A stretch of 64,000 nt of DNA from Hypanus sabinus (Eukaryota), in assembly GCF_030144855.1 (NCBI RefSeq), contig NC_082722.1, positions 57,412,001 through 57,476,000 on the forward strand. Reading direction: 5' to 3'. A model generated the notes under the pieces. It was not told where the DNA came from. It worked only from the letters and a program-made list of their open reading frames with translations, and made no database searches. The position numbers and the translations under genes are program-made. Of the stretch, positions 13,601 to 27,800 are shown in pieces; the first letter of the stretch is position 1; each line of letters begins with the position of its first letter.

Positions 13601-16600
13601 ACAACGAGTTTGGAAAGAGTGCAGACGATATGGCCCAGAATATGTAAGCTTTCGTGAGAAGTGCCAAAAACAAGGTGATTAGGAACACCCCCATCCCGAG
13701 TCATGTTGTATCATATCCCGTTACTCACTCTTCCACATGGCCACTAGTTAGCAACGAACAATATCAGAATGGTCCAATAATTTGTTTTTTTAACTGATGT
13801 TGAGGGAGCAATGTGAGTGTCGGCACTCGGGAAGCACTCCACTCTTTTTCTTTTATTCCATTTGAACAGGTGTATATGCATGTTTCTTCCACTTAGACCT
13901 TATCGATATATTCCCATAATTTACCTTAAGCTCCTCTAAGGTATTCAAAGAACATACTTAACAATGGAACAACTTTATCAGCAAAGCTTGGCAGTTGTGC
14001 TCTTGATCTCCTCTGGGATTCCAACTTCATGGCTCTTGCTATGTTCTCCTGATCATAATCTGTCTTCTCTGTATCACAGGAGTTCCCAACTTGGGGTCCT
14101 GTGTTAATAGCAGCAGCCCTCGGAATAAAAAAGATTGGGAATCCCTCATGTATCAGAAGATGTCCTGATGCTACTCTTTCTGATTCCCCTTTGTTTACCA
14201 AATTTGCCATCCTTATGTGAAATTCATGTTCATTTGCTCCATGATGACCATTCTCTATTCAATGTATTGGATTTCCCAACAAAGTCAGAGCATAGATGGT
14301 TTGGGGACATTGTACTGAGGTAGCCAGTAAGTAATGGTGCAATTTTCACTCTAACTAGCACGAATGAGGCTGGGTGAGTTCCAGTCTGATCTTCACTTCA
14401 AACCATCAGTCTGCAGAAAATTGTAGGTGACATCTATTTACGCACCTTGCAGTGAAGTTAGTCATGGCTCCAGTACAGAATGGCAATCGTCATTTGTGGT
14501 TCTGTGATCACTGTATTCCTACACTTAATGTTTCATAACAGCTTTTTTTTTAAAAAACTGTGGTTAATTAATCAAAAAAGCCATTCTAAAATTGAGAGTT
14601 GAAGTAGGGTGAGAGGACGGTGTGTATGAGGAATGTGCTTCCTGGAGGGTCAGAAGGTTGGAAGATGGAATGAATTTAATGTATGAACATTGCAACACGA
14701 TAATTTGACAGGCTTTACATTACCATTCACTTTGTACACTTCTTCTTCTGTTGAATTACCTGCTTGGAAACATTCCTGCTTCCCCTTCCCCCAAGTGCTT
14801 TCAATAGCTTGACTTTAACCGAGCCTCCCTGATCCAATTAATATAGGGTAATAGGTTGTAAGTTTACACAGGTGTCAAATTTAGACTCAAGGTTATGACC
14901 TTTGGCATCAGTTTTTTAAAAGTCAGCATGTTCTTAATGCAAGATGGCCTTGCGAACCTTTCTTGGCTACAACCATTGCTCTTTACCGCGGGTTGTCGGG
15001 GGGTTTGTTCAAAGGGTCTGAGTTTAGCCTTGGAATGTCTGAACATTAGTAAAACTCATACTGCAGGCAACTCTCCACATCCCATCCCCCCCGCCCAAAC
15101 CTGTTAATAGAGTTGATAATGTCTTCTTTTCTTGAGTGTGGAGATTGGGTGAGCTCCCAGATACAGCAGGAAGCAGTGAAGAGAGGGCTGCAGCTGCCTG
15201 AAGGCTAGGAAGCCAAGAATGACCGTGACCTTGATCTCCATGGGCATTGCAGTCATGAGTACTAGTGCATGGGGTCACCAGGGGTCGGGCATTTGAGTAA
15301 GGACAAGGAATGGCACTTGCCTGTTGTCCTTTTGTAACATCATCTTGAAAAGCTTGCTTGTTGTGTGAATAAATGAGAGCTGTCATTTTTTCAAAGTGAA
15401 AGTTGAAAATTACACTGGAGTTGAACTTTATGGACTGTATTGCTACTAACAACATTCTTGGTCATTTCTCACAAAAGCAAATGAAAATATTTCTGATAAG
15501 ACGGTTAATTGAGTATGCCAGCAAGAAAATGAATATAGGTTGTATATGGTGACATATATGTACTTTGTAAATAAATTTACTTTGACCTTTGAACTTTAAT
15601 GCATCCAAAATGAATGCAATATTTGCTTTCCTCCGTTAGCATAATTTTCAATTATGGAGTACCATTTTTTATGATGTTGTGTCATGGAACTTCCAGGCTG
15701 TTGTATTTCTGATCAGATGTTAAACCAAGGTCTGTGAATCACTTCAGCTGATTAGAAAATATATCCTGGCATTATCTTTAGAAGAATGGGGAGAGATTTT
15801 GGCAATGCCTTTCCCAAAATTGGTTCTGTCAATGAATTACTTGTTTGGAAAGAGAGCAAAGGAAAAGAATTGTTCTAGAATCTAGCAAACACTTGATGGA
15901 CAACAAGGCCTCCTTCCAATAATTCTAAACATCAACTTTTAAGGCACACAGGAGGTTCCATAAGCAAAATTCTGCACACATTGGGGATTTTTTTAATTTC
16001 ATTTTAGTATCTTCCATTTTATTATCTCACTTGGGACAATATTTTGCACAAACATTCTGTCTTGGGTGTTTTTTTCCTGATTCCTAGTTCTATAACCTTT
16101 TACTTCTCAGTTCTAAAGCAAAACATTGTTCTGTGCATTCTCTCCCATTATGGTGATTAACCAATTTCCCAGTTGACTAAACATTGCAAGGCAATGTAAA
16201 TTATTGTATTTTTCCTCTTCTATTTTCTTCTAACTCTATTGAATCCTCATTTATCAGTTCCAGCCAAAATTACAGAGCAAGATGTTGATCTATGAGTTTT
16301 CTCCGGTTAACCAATATCCTGATTGACAAACATTTGTAAAGTAATCTGAATTATTGTAGGCAGGACTTGTAACAATATCATTACATATTCAATAATATAT
16401 TACATTCTTCTTGAATCCACAGAGTTCTTCAATACCTATTTGATAACAGCTGGTTGGACACCTACACGAGAGCCATCTTTGTAGAATTCACAGTCTATAA
16501 TGCAAATGTGAATCTTTTCTGTATTGCCACGTTAATATTAGAAAGTAATGCTATAGGTAAGAATAGATATTGTACTTGGCATTATTAATATCCACAACTT

Positions 16601-19600
16601 ATTGGTACCTGAACTGTCAAGTATATTGCAAAACTTTTTCAGATAATTCTACAGTATAAATGGATCATAAAGAATCGCGTACCTCCAGTTGCATTTTTTG
16701 ATTTGGCCCAAATCACAAAGAAGAGAAAACTGTTCCAGTAATTATACCAGTGTATAAAATTAGAAAATTGCACTTTTGGTTAGGCAACATGTACAGTTAT
16801 AAACAGCTAGTGCTTCAGATTTATTGCATGTGTCATAACTGGGAAAACATTCTTAGAAATTGAATCAGAATCAGAAATATTTTAGGAAATGCTGGAAGAT
16901 CACAGTAGCTCAAGCAGGATCTACCTAAGGAAGAGCAGTTAATACTTTAAATTGAAGACCCTTCATCAGAGGGTCTCAGTCAGGTCTAAAACGTTAAATG
17001 TTTGTTTTTCTGCAGATGCTGTCTGACTTAAATTTGTCCAGCATTTTCTGTTTTTATTTCAGATTTCCAGCAACTGCAGTCTTTTCTGGATTTTAATTCT
17101 TTTAGAAATGAGCAAATCAGCAAGGAAGGGATGAGGTCTGTCATAGGACGGGGAACAGTAAATATGAAAAGGTGGAATGGTCAAGGTAAAAGCGGGGACG
17201 GGAGAGCAATGGAGCATGTAAAGCCACACAAGATGGGCTCAGAAATTGTATATTTAAATACCAGAATCAATACGTCTGTAGCCATGCAGAGAAATGTTAG
17301 TAGTGATTATGTGATAAAATTGTTGAATGTGCTATTTGTAATGAAGGAAGCTGCTTAATCAAGATGAGAAGCAACCAGTAGGCCATACTCTGAGTTTAAT
17401 TATAACAGAGTAGGATGTGACATCAGAGAGGTCAGAGAAAAATTACAATCTGCAGAAAAGTGATTAGTAGTGCAGGTTTGATTCCCCCTTTAAATAAAGA
17501 GGCTCAAATAGCCATGTTAAACACAGTTAATCTATAAGATAAGCAGCTCAGCTAGCAAGCTTCTTGTAGCAGCAATGACACATATCTTTGTTGGTACGGA
17601 GGTCTTTTATCAAAGGATGATGCAGAGATCGTTCTACATTTCTTCTGCTAAAATTCAGGACAGTTGGTAGAATACAATAGAAATTAAGGTCTACAGATAA
17701 TGAACACAGAGCTGGACTCACTGAAATATGCCTTTTGTCTTTTATAGCCTGTGTTTTCAATTGTGTTTTTTGTTGCCGTGTGTGCAATTTATTTTTGCGC
17801 ACTGGGGTTGATGTTTGATGTTTGTCTTTGAACGGATTGGTACCATGGTTCTTCTTTGTACTGTGAGTGTCCGAGAGGCAGACGAATTTCAGGATTGTGT
17901 ACTGCATTCATACGTCGACAATAAAAGTACTTTGAACTTCAACTTCAGTAATAATGTAGTTGTGGTGTTTAAAATTGAATAATTTAGAGTCAGAGTGATA
18001 CTCTCCCTTCTGGCAATCTGTATGATAACTTTAAACTGTAACAGAGTGTACATTACTAATAGAGGTTTTCACCATGTCACAGGAATCTGTCCGCGTTAGG
18101 CAAGCAATATTTAATATGGATGAACGCAGCGTGATACATTTGACTAGGATCAAAGTTAAATATATTAATGCAAAACAGAAGTTTGAAGCAAGGGGAGGAT
18201 TTCACAATGGTTTGATCTATAACAGATGCAACTCAGAGCAAGGCTAGGATTGCGTTTATTGAATTATGCAATATAAAATAAATACAGTGCCTTTCCGTAG
18301 ATATTAGTTATGTTCAGTTAAAATACTATTTCCTGTTTTGGAACCCTTAGATGATGCATACTAGGAAGATATTAGAAAATTATTAAGGGAAGGACAGTAT
18401 TAATGAATCATTTACAAAATATCTTAGCAAACCACATAAACTACAAGTACATCAGTATATTTTTCAGAGGCAAAAGTTCGAACACTTTTTTTTTAGGTCT
18501 AATTTCCTTTTAAATTGCCCAATTATTTGGATTAAACAGGTTGGAGAAACCTAGGGTTAACTTTATAAGTTATGCAATGATAGAAGGAAATTGAATGTTA
18601 GTCCAAATATTATTCTCCCAAGGAAAAATGAGCTTATGGAAAAATTGGAACCTCATGCCCAAAATGCTGGAAGAACACAAAAATCAGGATTAAGGGTCCT
18701 GGCCCAAAATGTCAAATGTTTGTTCCCTTCAATTGATGCTGACTGACTTGCTGAGTTCCTCCAACAGTTTGTTATGATGAAGATTTCCAGCATCTGTGGA
18801 ATGTCTTGTGCCTATGGAAAAGCTGTCAGCTCGTGTTAAACATGATTCCGTAGATACTTTCAGTATGACTGTATCTGACTTACAAACTTGCACAAATACA
18901 GTAACAAAGTTCACAAGTTCCTTGGGTCATTTGGACAGCAGAGTGGCATTGCTGCCAAAGCTGCTGGTGACCCACATCCAATCCTGACCTCTCTGCAGAG
19001 TTTGCAGGTTATCCCCGTGACTGCAAGGGCTCCCCCAGGGTGCCACGATGAAGAGGTGAGAGGGAAGAGCAGGACAGAGGCTGGAAGATGGTAGGTGGAA
19101 CCAAGTCAGATGGGAGGATGATGGGCAGATGGAGCCAGGTGGGGGAGATGAGGGCGTTTTTAGTTGCCGAGGCTGCTGGATGTTAAATGGAAACAGCTAA
19201 CAAAACAAATAGGTAGATGGAGACGGGTGACAACAGGGGAGGGGTAAGGCACAGACAGACATTGAAGATTACTAAATGGAAATATAAACAGAGAAGGGGG
19301 GATGGAGCTAGGAAGGGGAGCAGGTGAAATAGTGGAGGCAAAGGGAGAAGAAACCTATAGAATAGGTGTATAGGTGATGGGCAGATGGAAGCAAGTTGGG
19401 GGTAGGATAATGGGTGGGGAGAGAGATGGGAAGGAAAAGCTGAATAAAAGGGAGAGCATGTAAGTTGAGTGATAGGAGTGGAAAAGGAACAATGGGTGTA
19501 TGAGTTACCTGAAAATGGAAAATTCATTGCTCATACTGTTGGGCTGCAGGAGGCTTCAATTGGAATATGAGATTATGTTCCTCTAGTTTGCATTTGGCTT

Positions 19601-21707
19601 CGTTGTGGCAGAGGGAAAGGCCAAAGGCAGAAAGATCAATGCAGGAATGGTGAGGGGATTTGAAACGCCATGCAACTTGTCACAGGCCAGAACTTTTAAA
19701 TTTCTGATTGAAGTCGGTTTAAAGATGGGCATTAGATCAACAGGTTTACAGGATTTTGCTTTCGTTTAGATTACTATTGTCCATGAAGAGTGGAGAGGTT
19801 TCTTTAGCTCTGTGTGATATATGAAGGATTACCACTTCAGCATTGTAAATGAAGAAGAAGAGATAATTTAATTGCACCTCTTTATCCCTGACACCTCGGA
19901 TATACTGGTACCTTGAAATATTGGTCTGGTTACTTTGTTTTTTGTTGGCTTGGGAATATTTGGAAATGCTGGAGGCAACAGTAGCAAATTGGTTACCAAA
20001 TGTTTTACACCACTTGAATCAGTATCAGAATTGGGACCAGGTTTATTATCACTTTCTTATATGATGTGAAATTTGTTTTGTGACAGCTATAGTGCGAAGA
20101 AATAAAAACTACTAGAAATTACGAAATAAATCATGCAAAAAAAAGAATAATGAAGTAGTGTTCATGGGCCATTCAGATATCCTATAGCAGAGGAGAGAAG
20201 CTGTTTCTGAATCATTGAACCACTTCCCCAATGGTAATAAGAGGAGGGCACGTCATGGATGGTAAGGGTCTTTAATGATGGATGCTGCCTTCATGAGGCA
20301 CCAACCTTTGAAGATGTCCTCAATAGTGATGGATTTGGCTGAATCTACAACCTTCTGAAGCTTCTTTTGATCCTGCACATTGGAGCCTCCATACTAGGCC
20401 TGCAACCTGGCAGAACGCTCTCTATCCTACTTCTACAGAAATTTGCAGGAGTCTTCTGTGAGAAACCAAATCCCCTAAACTCCAAATGGAGTAGAGCTGC
20501 TGGTGCTTCAAGATTGAATCAATGTGTTGGGCCCAGAGTCGATCCTCGGAGATGTTGGCACCCAGATAGGGTCTTGAAGGTGCTCTCCCTCTCAATGGTT
20601 GACCTCTCAGTGTATACTCCCAACTTCTCCTTCTGGAAGCCCACAAGCAATGCCTTGGTCTTGCTGACATTGAGTGTGTGGTCGTTGTTGGAAAATCACT
20701 GTCAGCTGATCTGTTTCACTCCTGTACTCTTCCTCTGCACTATCTGAAAAGTTGTTCTGCACCATTGCCTGAGGGAGGAAATTGCAGCAAATAATCTGGC
20801 CTTTTCTCACTGAATGTTCAAATGCAACTTCAACATAAAACTAATTTGATTTGCATGAATATTCTGTTTTTAATCTGTCTATAAAAGGTCAAGTGAAAGT
20901 ACTGGATTTCACCTGTCACAAGCAAGAGAAAATCTGCAGATTCTGGAAATCCAAGCAACACACACAAAATGCTGGAGGAACTCAGCAGGCCAGACAGCAT
21001 CTGTGGAAAAGAGTATAGTCAACCTTTTGGACCGGACTGGACTGGCAGGACTGTTGCAGCATTTACTGATAGTGGAGTCAGGGAGCTTACACCCAGCATT
21101 AATTAAATGGCCATTGAGATACCTTGCTGGTGATAGCAAGACATGTAACCTCTGGTTTTTGGAGAGTGTTGAGGGGGTGTGATGGGAGGGGACTGTCTCA
21201 ATGTTCAGCAGAGGTGCATGGCCATTGATGAAATTCTTCAACTAGGTAAACAGAGATGGAGTCTAGAATTTCTTGAGCTTTCTTGCAAAGTTCATTTAAA
21301 AATAATACATTTTCTGGTAAAAACAATGTACCGATATCTATTTGCAGGGGCCTTCTTTACACATGCTGATCTTCAGAGTATCCGTCTCTACCAGTACACC
21401 GACGGGTTGCACATTTTTGTTGTTGCTGCTGAAGTGATTTATTTCCTCTTCCTCATCTACTATATGGTGATTCAGGTAAGTCTATGACAGGTGAGCATTA
21501 TGAGCAACTGTAAAGTAACTCATACATCACCTGCATGAAGAGATACTAGAAAACCAAGCCATCTCGAGGTAAGGGTTGTTTGTTAGTCTTTGTCTGTTTA
21601 TGTATATGGCAGTTTTGTTTTTGTAAATTCTATTGTCTTACTTTTTTTCTTGTGAATGTCTGCAAGAAAATGGATCTCAGGGTAGATTCATATACATATT
21701 ATCTTAA

Positions 21708-21749
<42 letters not shown>

Positions 21750-24700
21750 TAATATGTACATGCATTCAGAATAAACTTACTTTGAGCTTTGGAAAGATTT
21801 TGTATAAATTCAATCACAAACACAAGGCTTCATGAAGATTTGTGATGATACGCAAGAAGTGCAGTTTAAGAGGCATTCATGAAAGTTTGCATTTTCATGG
21901 AAGATGTTACCTGCCATATTTTTACAATCCCTTTACTATGAAGGAGCATCAGGAATGAAAGCAGAAGCAATGACAGAGTTTAAAAAGTTGTCATTCAGTT
22001 CATAGTGCCTGAGCTAGCTCTTTGGCAGATATGGGTAATTGAAATAAATGCTCTTGTTAATGAAAATATTATTATTTCCAAACATTTATCCAATTCTCTT
22101 TTGAACTTTAGGATATTAATCTGCCTTATATTGTAACTTCCAGGTACAGCATTCCAGAAGCAATGGAACAAAAATGTTCCATAGTGTCTCGAACAAAAAC
22201 CAAAAAATGTGAACCTTCATGTGAACTTCATTTCTTTTGTCAATCACCTAAGACTGTACCTTCTGCCTACCACTCATTGTCACTCAAAAAAAAAGCTTCT
22301 TCTTGATTGCTCTGCTCAAACCACTTAAGTCTTTTAAATGTCCATCGAGAATTTGTATTCCTCTGAATATAAGCTTATGCTCACAAATGAACCTTTTCAC
22401 TCCATCACTTGTGAATCTGCATTCAGTCACAGAGGGCCTAAGCTTTAAGATAATCTTCTTAAACATCTAAATCCTGCTATCTCTCTGTTCTCATATGAGA
22501 CAATTCTGTTTAATATAAACTTCTGGAGGAGATCAGGAGGTCAAGCATTGTCTGTGGAGGCATTTTGAAGGAATGGTTGACATTTTGTGTTGTGACCCTA
22601 CATCAGTTCTCTGATATCCCCCAGCAGTGTTTGCTCCAGATTCCAGAAACTGTCGTCTCTTGTAACTTTTAAAAATATACCTATTGGACAAAGTTTTATT
22701 ATCTGCCCCATTATCTCCTATGTAGCATGGAGCCAACCTGACATTGCTCCTGCATTTTTCCTTAGAGCCTACTTACTATATTGATAGAACCATTTGTTGT
22801 TGAACCAAAAGTCTTCTTAACTTTAAGTGCTCTGAAGAAGATCTATCCCATCTTCTCTAATTTCTTCATTTAATTAGTGCAGTGGCTGCCAATATTGCTG
22901 GTGCATCCACCTTAATAAAAAACTGACTTTTTTTTGTTTGTGTAATTCCTGGCAGGACAAAATTTTCCACTCAAGGTTTGGATAACAGGCACGAGGGCGA
23001 ACAATTGTCTAGTGTTGGGATTCTTAATCTATTACTGACAACATTCTGAAAGGGTTCTTCCTTTCCTGCAAACTGTTGTATAGTTTTGTTTCTTTCCAAT
23101 ATCATTCCCATTCCACTGGTACACAAAACACTTCTCCATATATAGATTGAGGTCCAAGGTGTCACAGCTTGAGTTCTCCACTACCCATACATGAAAGTTC
23201 ATTGGAGACAAACTTACACCATGTTTTATTTCCTTTCAGGTGATGACTGAATTTCCAGCATTTTCTACTTTATTATCAGATTTTATACATAGGTGAATCT
23301 GTTGTGCATTATATATTTTCTGATCTTTCCCAGGGCAAACAATTGAAAGAACAGAAATGGAAATACTTCCAAAGCAAATGGAACCTTCTGGAGACAGCCA
23401 TTATAATGATCAGCTGGAGTGCACTTTCTATATTCATAAAGAGAACACTTCTAGGAAAGCGAGACATTGAATATTATCATAGTCACAGAACAGGGTACGT
23501 CCTTGCTTATCATTTATAATGTTTTAAGAGCAGGACCTTAGTTCTTGTGTAACACACACAAATTGCAGGAGGAATTCAGCAGGTCAGGCAGCATCTATTG
23601 GGCCAAAATTTCAACTGTTTATTCATCTCTATAGATGCTGCCTGACCTGCTGAGTTCCTTCAGCATTTTGTGTGTATTACTCTGGATTTCTAGCATCTAC
23701 AAAATCTCTTGTGTGCATCGTTGATTCCCGTTTTACAGTGCATTCTTGAATTCCAATTTTTAACTGTCAAATATCCAAAATAATAATGCCCTGTGGATAT
23801 TAATATAGATGAAGGATGTGAATTGGTAGTAAAAAGATATCGTAACAGAATAGATATACTGCATTATAAAAACAATAGCTGCTACTGAGGAATATCAAGA
23901 CTGCAGCATAACCTTGCCATATGGACTGTGACTCACTTTGGCTTCTAAACATAGCTGGATGACAAATATGTTCCAACATGTGTGTGTATATAGTTCCTTC
24001 AACCTGCTACTCTATGGAGTTTGCCTCACTTTCTTGCTATGGTGTTTATAAATTAAATTTCCCTTTCTTCCTTTTGCATGATATTACTTTCATTAACTTT
24101 CTCTTAAAACCCACTTTATTTCCTATTATGTTAGCCTTATGCCAAAGGTGACATTGAGTGAAATAAATGTCATGGAGCAGAAATTTCCTATCCTGGTGGG
24201 AAGTAAAACCATTTGCTCAGCACTAAGAGAACTGCAGCAAAAGTCTCACCAACACCAGAAAACTGTAATACGTCTGAACTCATGTTCCCAAAACTGATAC
24301 TGAACAGATGAAAGTTGTTTGCATTCACATTTATGTGCATTGTATCTGAGTTTATACCTAATTTCCAATCTACTGTGTTTGTTACAGGTTTGTAAGTTTC
24401 TATGAGACTGCTATGGCAGACGCAATAATGGGTTATTTAATTGCCTTCCTGGTTCTCCTTGCAACAATAAAACTATGGCATCTGCTACGCCTTAACCCCA
24501 AGCTCAATATGATTACATCTACATTAAGAAGGGCGTGGGGAGACATCTCAGGCTTCCTTATTGTTATTCTGATCATGTTCCTGGCCTATTCTATTGCGGT
24601 AAGAAGATGTATTCCAGTAAGAATAATACAAAGTATTTCATTATTCATTGTTACTTAGGTTTACTGATCATAGTGAGATGGCATGGCCCAGGTGTGTTGT

Positions 24701-24840
24701 AGGGCTCTTTGATTTTTGAGTTCAGCTTTGCAAGTCAAAAGGAGGACATTACTTGGAGTTCTGGATTTCGGTATAAGACCATAAGAGTATGGTGGCATTG
24801 GCTGTAGTGTTTAGTTAGATGTATACCACCTATACAGTAT

Positions 24841-24876
<36 letters not shown>

Positions 24877-27800
24877 TTCTGTCTTTATTTCTCTTCCTCT
24901 CTTTTCTTCCTTTCTCTCTCTCCTCTTACTCCTCTCCCCATGCTTTAACAACTAATGAGTTTTCTCTCTTTCCCATTTCTTCAACATGTCAGCCTGTTTC
25001 TCTGTCCACAAATGGTGTCTGACCGGTTAATATTTCCAGCATTTGTTATCACAGATGTGTTTAGAGGCAACTCAGATTCAAAGTCGAAGTGGAGTTTATT
25101 GAAATAATACATGAATGTACAGTCTTAAAAGAAAAAATTAGTTGCAGCAGTGTCCCAGGCACACACCGTCAGAGGAGAAGCATTCACAAAAAACATAAAC
25201 ATAAATTATACACATTTTTTTACCAGAAATAACACCAGTAGAATTGAAAGACAAGGTCCATTGTAGTGCTAAGTGATTGAAGTGGCTCTAGTGTTACTAT
25301 CCTGGGTAGTGATTAGGTTGTGCACTTTGATTCAGCTGAATGGTTGAAGGGAAGTAGCTGCTCTTGGACCTGCTGGTGTGGGATTTCAGGCTTCTGTACC
25401 TCCTGCCTGATGGCAGCAGCAAGGAGATGCCATGGTCCAGGTGTGTTGTAGGGATCTTTGATTTATGTTGCTTTCTTGAGGCAGCAATATTGGAACTGGT
25501 TTTGCATCTGCATGGTCAAAAATTGTGTCAAAATATTTGTGACATTACTTAGTTTGCTACCAAGAGTTAAATAAGAGGGTTTCCTAAAATTCCCTGTTTA
25601 GGCATATTTCATTTTCTCTTGTTAGACAGCTGCAGGTGAAATGGGGAAGTGTCTTTGCAAGGACTGCTGGTCTTGTGCTGCTGCAGGCATTACACCTTTA
25701 CAGCATTACACCTCACTCTGTAAACATTTGATGAGTAACTTACAGATATTACTTGACAAACAACTGAAATGAAACCTATTTCCTCATTATCTGGCTGGAG
25801 TGTGTCTCTACATAGCCCTACGCACAAAACTGTGATATCGTGGCTTTACTCTGCTTTTGGACGAGAAGATCAAAGTAAAGAGCAAACATTGCCCAATCAA
25901 AGAAAAGCTCAAGATTTTTTCCTCCTCTACTTTATATCTGCTCAGCTAGAACAATAGGGATGTCAGGCAGGATAGTTGAATGCTCCTTTTGCGGGATGTG
26001 GGGTGGCAGGGAGACTTGCAGGGTCCCTGACCAACAACAGTTGCGAGGTGCATCCAACTGCAGCTTCTAACAAACCATTTTAAGGAGTTGCAGCTGGAAC
26101 TGGATAAACTCCGGATCATTCGGGAGGCCGATAGATAGGACATACAGTATAGAGAGGTAGTTACACCCAAGGTACAGGACACAGGAAACTGGGTGACAGC
26201 TAGGAAGGGGAAGGGTGTGAAGCAGCCAGTTCAGATTAGCCCTGTGAACAACAGCTATATCATATCCAGTCCAGTCGGGGAGGGGTGGGGGATGACCTAA
26301 CAGAGGAGAGTCACAGCGGCTGAGCATGATTCTGCCTCTGTGACTCAGAAAGGGGGTGGGGTGGAAGAAGCACACTGTGGTGATAGGGGACTTGTTAGTT
26401 CGGGGAACAGATAGGAGGTTCTGTGGGCTAGAATGAGATTCCCAGACAGTATCATACCTCCCGGGTGCCAGGGCCCAAGATATGTCGGATTAAGTGGGAG
26501 GGTGAACAGCCAGATGTCATGGTCCATGTAGCTGCCAATGACAAGGGTAGGACGAGTGATGAGGTTCTGCACAGGGAGATCAGGCAGTCAGGTACTAAGT
26601 TAAAGGCAGGACCTCCAGGGCTGTGATCTCAGAATTGCTGCTTGTGCCAAATGCTGGTGAGGCCAGAACTGGGAAGATTATACAGTTTAATACGTGGCTA
26701 AGGAGTTGGTGTAGGAGCGGGGGCATAAGATTTTCAGATCATTGGGTTCTCTTTCAGGAAAGGTGGGACCTGTAAAGAGGGACAGTTTGTACCTGAACTG
26801 GATGGAGACCAATATCCTAGCGGGAAGGTTTGTTAATGCTGGGTTTAAACTAGATTTGCAGGGGGATAGGAACCAGACTGCCAGGGAAGCTCATGGAAAA
26901 GTTGTAGAGGCAGATGTTGGAAAGACCTCAGACAAGTTAGGAATCAAAAGGCTGAGCATGGTGTGAGTAGTGTCCTGAGCTGCCTATACTTTAATGCAAC
27001 AAGTACTGTACCATAGGAAAGACGGATAATAGTATTGAAGATGAAGTATCTGGTTTACAAACAGAGATAATGTGTAGTGAGGAGAGGCGGTTCATGGGAC
27101 AAAATTGCAATCAATAGAATGAGTTGCAACACAAAAGGTAGACAAAATCGAGAAGTTTGAATACAGGACTGAAGGTGTTGTGTCTGAATGCGCGCAGTAT
27201 ATGGAATAAGTGGATGAACTTGCAGTAAAGTTGCAGATTGACAGGTATGATGTTCTAAGCATCACTGAATCATGGCTGAAAGATTATAGCTGGGAGCCTA
27301 ATACCCAAGGGTACGCATTTTATTGAAAGAATAGGCAGGAAGGCAGAGGGGGTGGCATTGCTATTTTGGTAAAAAATTAGATCAAATCATTAGAAAGAGG
27401 TGACATACAGTCAGAAGGTGTTGAATCACTGTGAATGGAGTGAAGGAACTGCAAGGGTAAAAAGACCCAATTGGGAGTTTGCCGAACAGCAGATGGCCTA
27501 CATCTTATTTAGAACAGGAGATAGAAGATGCATGCCAAGAGGGCAATGTTACAATAGCTTTCAATGTGCAATAGGATTTCAATATGCAGGTAGACTGGGA
27601 AAATTAGGTTGGTCTCGGATCACAGGAGGGGTTGTTTCTAGAGTGCCCATGAAATGCCTTTCTAGAGCAGTTCAGGGTTGATTCCACTAGAGGATAAACT
27701 ATTCTGGATTGGGGGTTGTGCAATAAACCAGAATTGGTCAGAGAGCTTAAAGTAAAAGAATCCTTAGAGGCAAGTGATCATAATATGATTGAATTCACTC

